Assembly (NCBI GenBank): GCA_038208905.1
Contig: JBBQYG010000074.1
Coordinates: forward strand, 1-17,841
Direction of reading: 5' to 3'
Source of the DNA: Candidatus Sumerlaeia bacterium
GTDB taxonomy: Bacteria; Sumerlaeota; Sumerlaeia; SLMS01
Length of the DNA stretch: 17,841 nt
A model generated the notes under the pieces. It was not told the origin of the DNA, did no database searches, and worked only from the letters and a program-made list of their open reading frames with translations. How positions within the stretch are numbered: the first letter of the stretch is position 1; each line of letters starts with the position of its first letter. Shown in pieces: positions 15,982-17,841 of the stretch. A program made the translations under genes and the position numbers.

Positions 15982-16443
15982 ATGAACATCGTCGTTCCCA
16001 ACCCCGCCTTCCTCGGAATGGCCTACGCAATCGGCATCGTCACCATGCTGCTGGCGGGCTTGGCGATGCGGAAGTGGCTACGCATCGGCTCCCTCGCCAG
16101 CTGGATCCTCTTCGTGTTCATCGCGCCCACGCCGCTCCTCTTCTCGATCACCGTCGCCGGGCTGACCGGCGTGCCAACAAACGCCGCACTACCCGCGATG
16201 GCGATGGCCTCGATTCTGGGCATGGTCATGGCGCACTTCATCCTTCCCGCCCTTGCGCCAGACTTCCAGACCGACGGCTGGATGACCTCCTGCGTCATCG
16301 GATTCCTCCTCGGCATCATCATGATCGCCACCGGCATGGGCATGAAGGTCTTCGATTCCGTCATGCCCAACCAGGCCGACGCCTTCGGCAACGAAAAGAT
16401 CACTTGGGACGAATCCAAGGTGATCGATCAGACGCAGAAGTAG
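15982..16443 (+). CDS. Integral membrane protein (~4 TM); weak resemblance to the YvlD/phage-holin-IV family
   Basis: AGGAG RBS and four hydrophobic segments. LAPDFQTDGWMTSCVIGFLLGII resembles the 'vPGF.v.gfw.Al.ga' segment of that family; the family call is tentative. Confidence 0.7.
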   Translation: MNIVVPNPAFLGMAYAIGIVTMLLAGLAMRKWLRIGSLASWILFVFIAPTPLLFSITVAGLTGVPTNAALPAMAMASILGMVMAHFILPALAPDFQTDGWMTSCVIGFLLGIIMIATGMGMKVFDSVMPNQADAFGNEKITWDESKVIDQTQK

Positions 16444-16529
16444 GGGGCGCGTACGCGCGCGCCTTGCGGTCAGTCCGCGAAGATCGATCTTCTTCCGCGC
16501 CATCAGCGGCCAAGCCGTTGTTTGCTGTT

Positions 16530-16696
16530 TACGCTGTGTTTGATAAATGGCTTCGAGCTGGTCCGTTGAGCGAGAACGAGTCATGACGATGCCGCCGATG
16601 ACGAGGCGATGTGGTTCATCGTTGAGGAATCGCGACGCGCCGGGACGAAGGTTCGCAGCCATCGGAAAGCCGAATGCAATTGTCAAACACAGCCTA
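16530..16696. mobile_element. Non-autonomous MITE (family B), copy 2
   Basis: TACGCTGTGTTTGA...TCAAACACAGCCTA. Same length and orientation as 12727-12893, with 10 substitutions. Confidence 0.9.
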
Positions 16697-16745
16697 AAGT
16701 GGCGCCGAAGCCACCGTTGCAGTACCAATCCGCGTGATTCGCGGC

Positions 16746-17591
16746 TCACCTTTCGGCTATTCCAGCCCTCACCAGCGCGAAGTCATACCGGCACGGGTCC
16801 TCCGGATTGATGCGCCGGAATCGCGCCGTGATCTCCTGGGCGGCGCGGGCGTCGGCGACCTTGCGCCGGGTGAAGCGCAGCCCCCGGCAAATCCTGAGCA
16901 CGTGCGTGTCCACCGGCATCACCAGCCGCGCGGGTGATAGAAACGGCGTCCACAGGCCAAGGTCCACGCCATCCGCCGGACGCGACATCCAGCGGAGGAA
17001 GAGGTGCATGCGCTTGCACGCGGAGCCGCGTTCCGGCGAGGTGAGAAGGATCGACTCGATGCTGGCGAGCGCCGACGTCTTGCCCGAGGCCCGCGTGATG
17101 GTGCGCTCCCGCGAGGCGAGCGGCTCGATGGGAAACCCGCGCAGCGCCGCCGTGAATCGCGCCAGCGCCGGGAGGGTATCCCGCTCCGCCCGGTCATCGA
17201 CGGACTGCCACAGCGCGCCCAGTGATCCGTGCTCGCGAAGGGCGCCACCAAGGAGCGCGAGGAGAACTTCTGCATCGGTGCTGCGCACCCAGCGGTGCCG
17301 CACGCCGTTCATGGTGCCGCGCAGATCAGTCGCCGAGTGCCCGGCCAGCCACCGCGCCGGGTGATTCCCCATGGGGGCCAGCATTGCATCGAGCACCGCA
17401 AGGATCGCCTTGATATTCCCCGACGCAAAAGCGGCGGCCAGCAGCGCGACCACCTCGCGGTCGGCGGGATCGTCATAGCGATACGCCACGCGGAGCGGGT
17501 CGCCCTCCAGGAACTCGGCACGGTGAAACCGCCCGTGCCAGTCCTCCAGCACGGCGCGCAACTCCGCATCGCGCGCGGTGGCGCGGCTCAA
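16746..17591 (-). CDS. TIGR02757/DUF2400 family protein (HhH-GPD-like)
   Basis: DPL..YRY..PADREVVALLAA.FA.G, SACKRMHLFLRWMSR, DLGLW, MPVDTHV and PEDPCRYDFAL. TTG start at 17591 is inferred. Confidence 0.9.
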   Translation of the reverse strand: MSRATARDAELRAVLEDWHGRFHRAEFLEGDPLRVAYRYDDPADREVVALLAAAFASGNIKAILAVLDAMLAPMGNHPARWLAGHSATDLRGTMNGVRHRWVRSTDAEVLLALLGGALREHGSLGALWQSVDDRAERDTLPALARFTAALRGFPIEPLASRERTITRASGKTSALASIESILLTSPERGSACKRMHLFLRWMSRPADGVDLGLWTPFLSPARLVMPVDTHVLRICRGLRFTRRKVADARAAQEITARFRRINPEDPCRYDFALVRAGIAER

Positions 17592-17637
17592 TTCCGTCGA
17601 TCTTGAAAAGGTGAAATCGGGGACCGGCGCGGCGCCA

Positions 17638-17841
17638 TCAGATGTCGGCGTCCGCGATCTCCTGCTCGTAGGAGTCTTCCGCTTCCTCGCCGCCGAGGTA
17701 GCAGCCCATGCTGCTGAGGAAGATCGCCGCCACCAGGTTTCCAGCCCCCGGCGGAATCGTGGCCGCGACGATGGTGAACGCAATCGACGTGAAGTAGGCC
17801 AGCAGCATGAAAATCGGCGATTCAAACATCGCTGGGGGACC
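17638..17841 (-). CDS. C-terminal part of a membrane protein (probably partial, runs off the window)
   Basis: Frame is open to the window edge: GPPAMFESPIFMLLAYFTSIAFTIVAATIPPGAGNLVAAIFLSSMGCYLGGEEAEDSYEQEIADADI*. Two hydrophobic segments and an acidic tail. Confidence 0.6.
   Translation of the reverse strand, partial: GPPAMFESPIFMLLAYFTSIAFTIVAATIPPGAGNLVAAIFLSSMGCYLGGEEAEDSYEQEIADADI

Overview
High-GC bacterial chromosomal segment made up mostly of housekeeping genes: dgt-like dGTPase, a Wzm-type ABC-2 permease, psd, ubiX, ubiE/menG, a large secreted CehA/McbA-like PHP-domain protein, guaB, ung, a TPR lipoprotein, obgE, clpP, a membrane protein and a TIGR02757-family protein. The gaps between these genes hold decayed accessory DNA. 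(1) A Uma2-family nuclease pseudogene is split by a TA-flanked 143-bp MITE that itself carries an inverted GTAG-REP doublet. (2) A second 165-bp MITE occurs twice (about 94% identical); one copy sits in the relic of a Fis-type HTH (sigma-54 activator C-terminus). (3) A PIN-toxin pseudogene is followed by two tandem paralogous antitoxin-like genes. (4) A 46-codon internally deleted zinc-ribbon mini-gene is bracketed by 9-nt-period repeats. (5) Several other short-period inverted repeats abut or supply gene stop codons. The large PHP-domain protein is intact but has lost almost all its canonical metal ligands, making it a candidate pseudoenzyme. No rRNA, tRNA, CRISPR array or autonomous transposase was seen. 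All family assignments come from motif recognition by eye, not from database searches.
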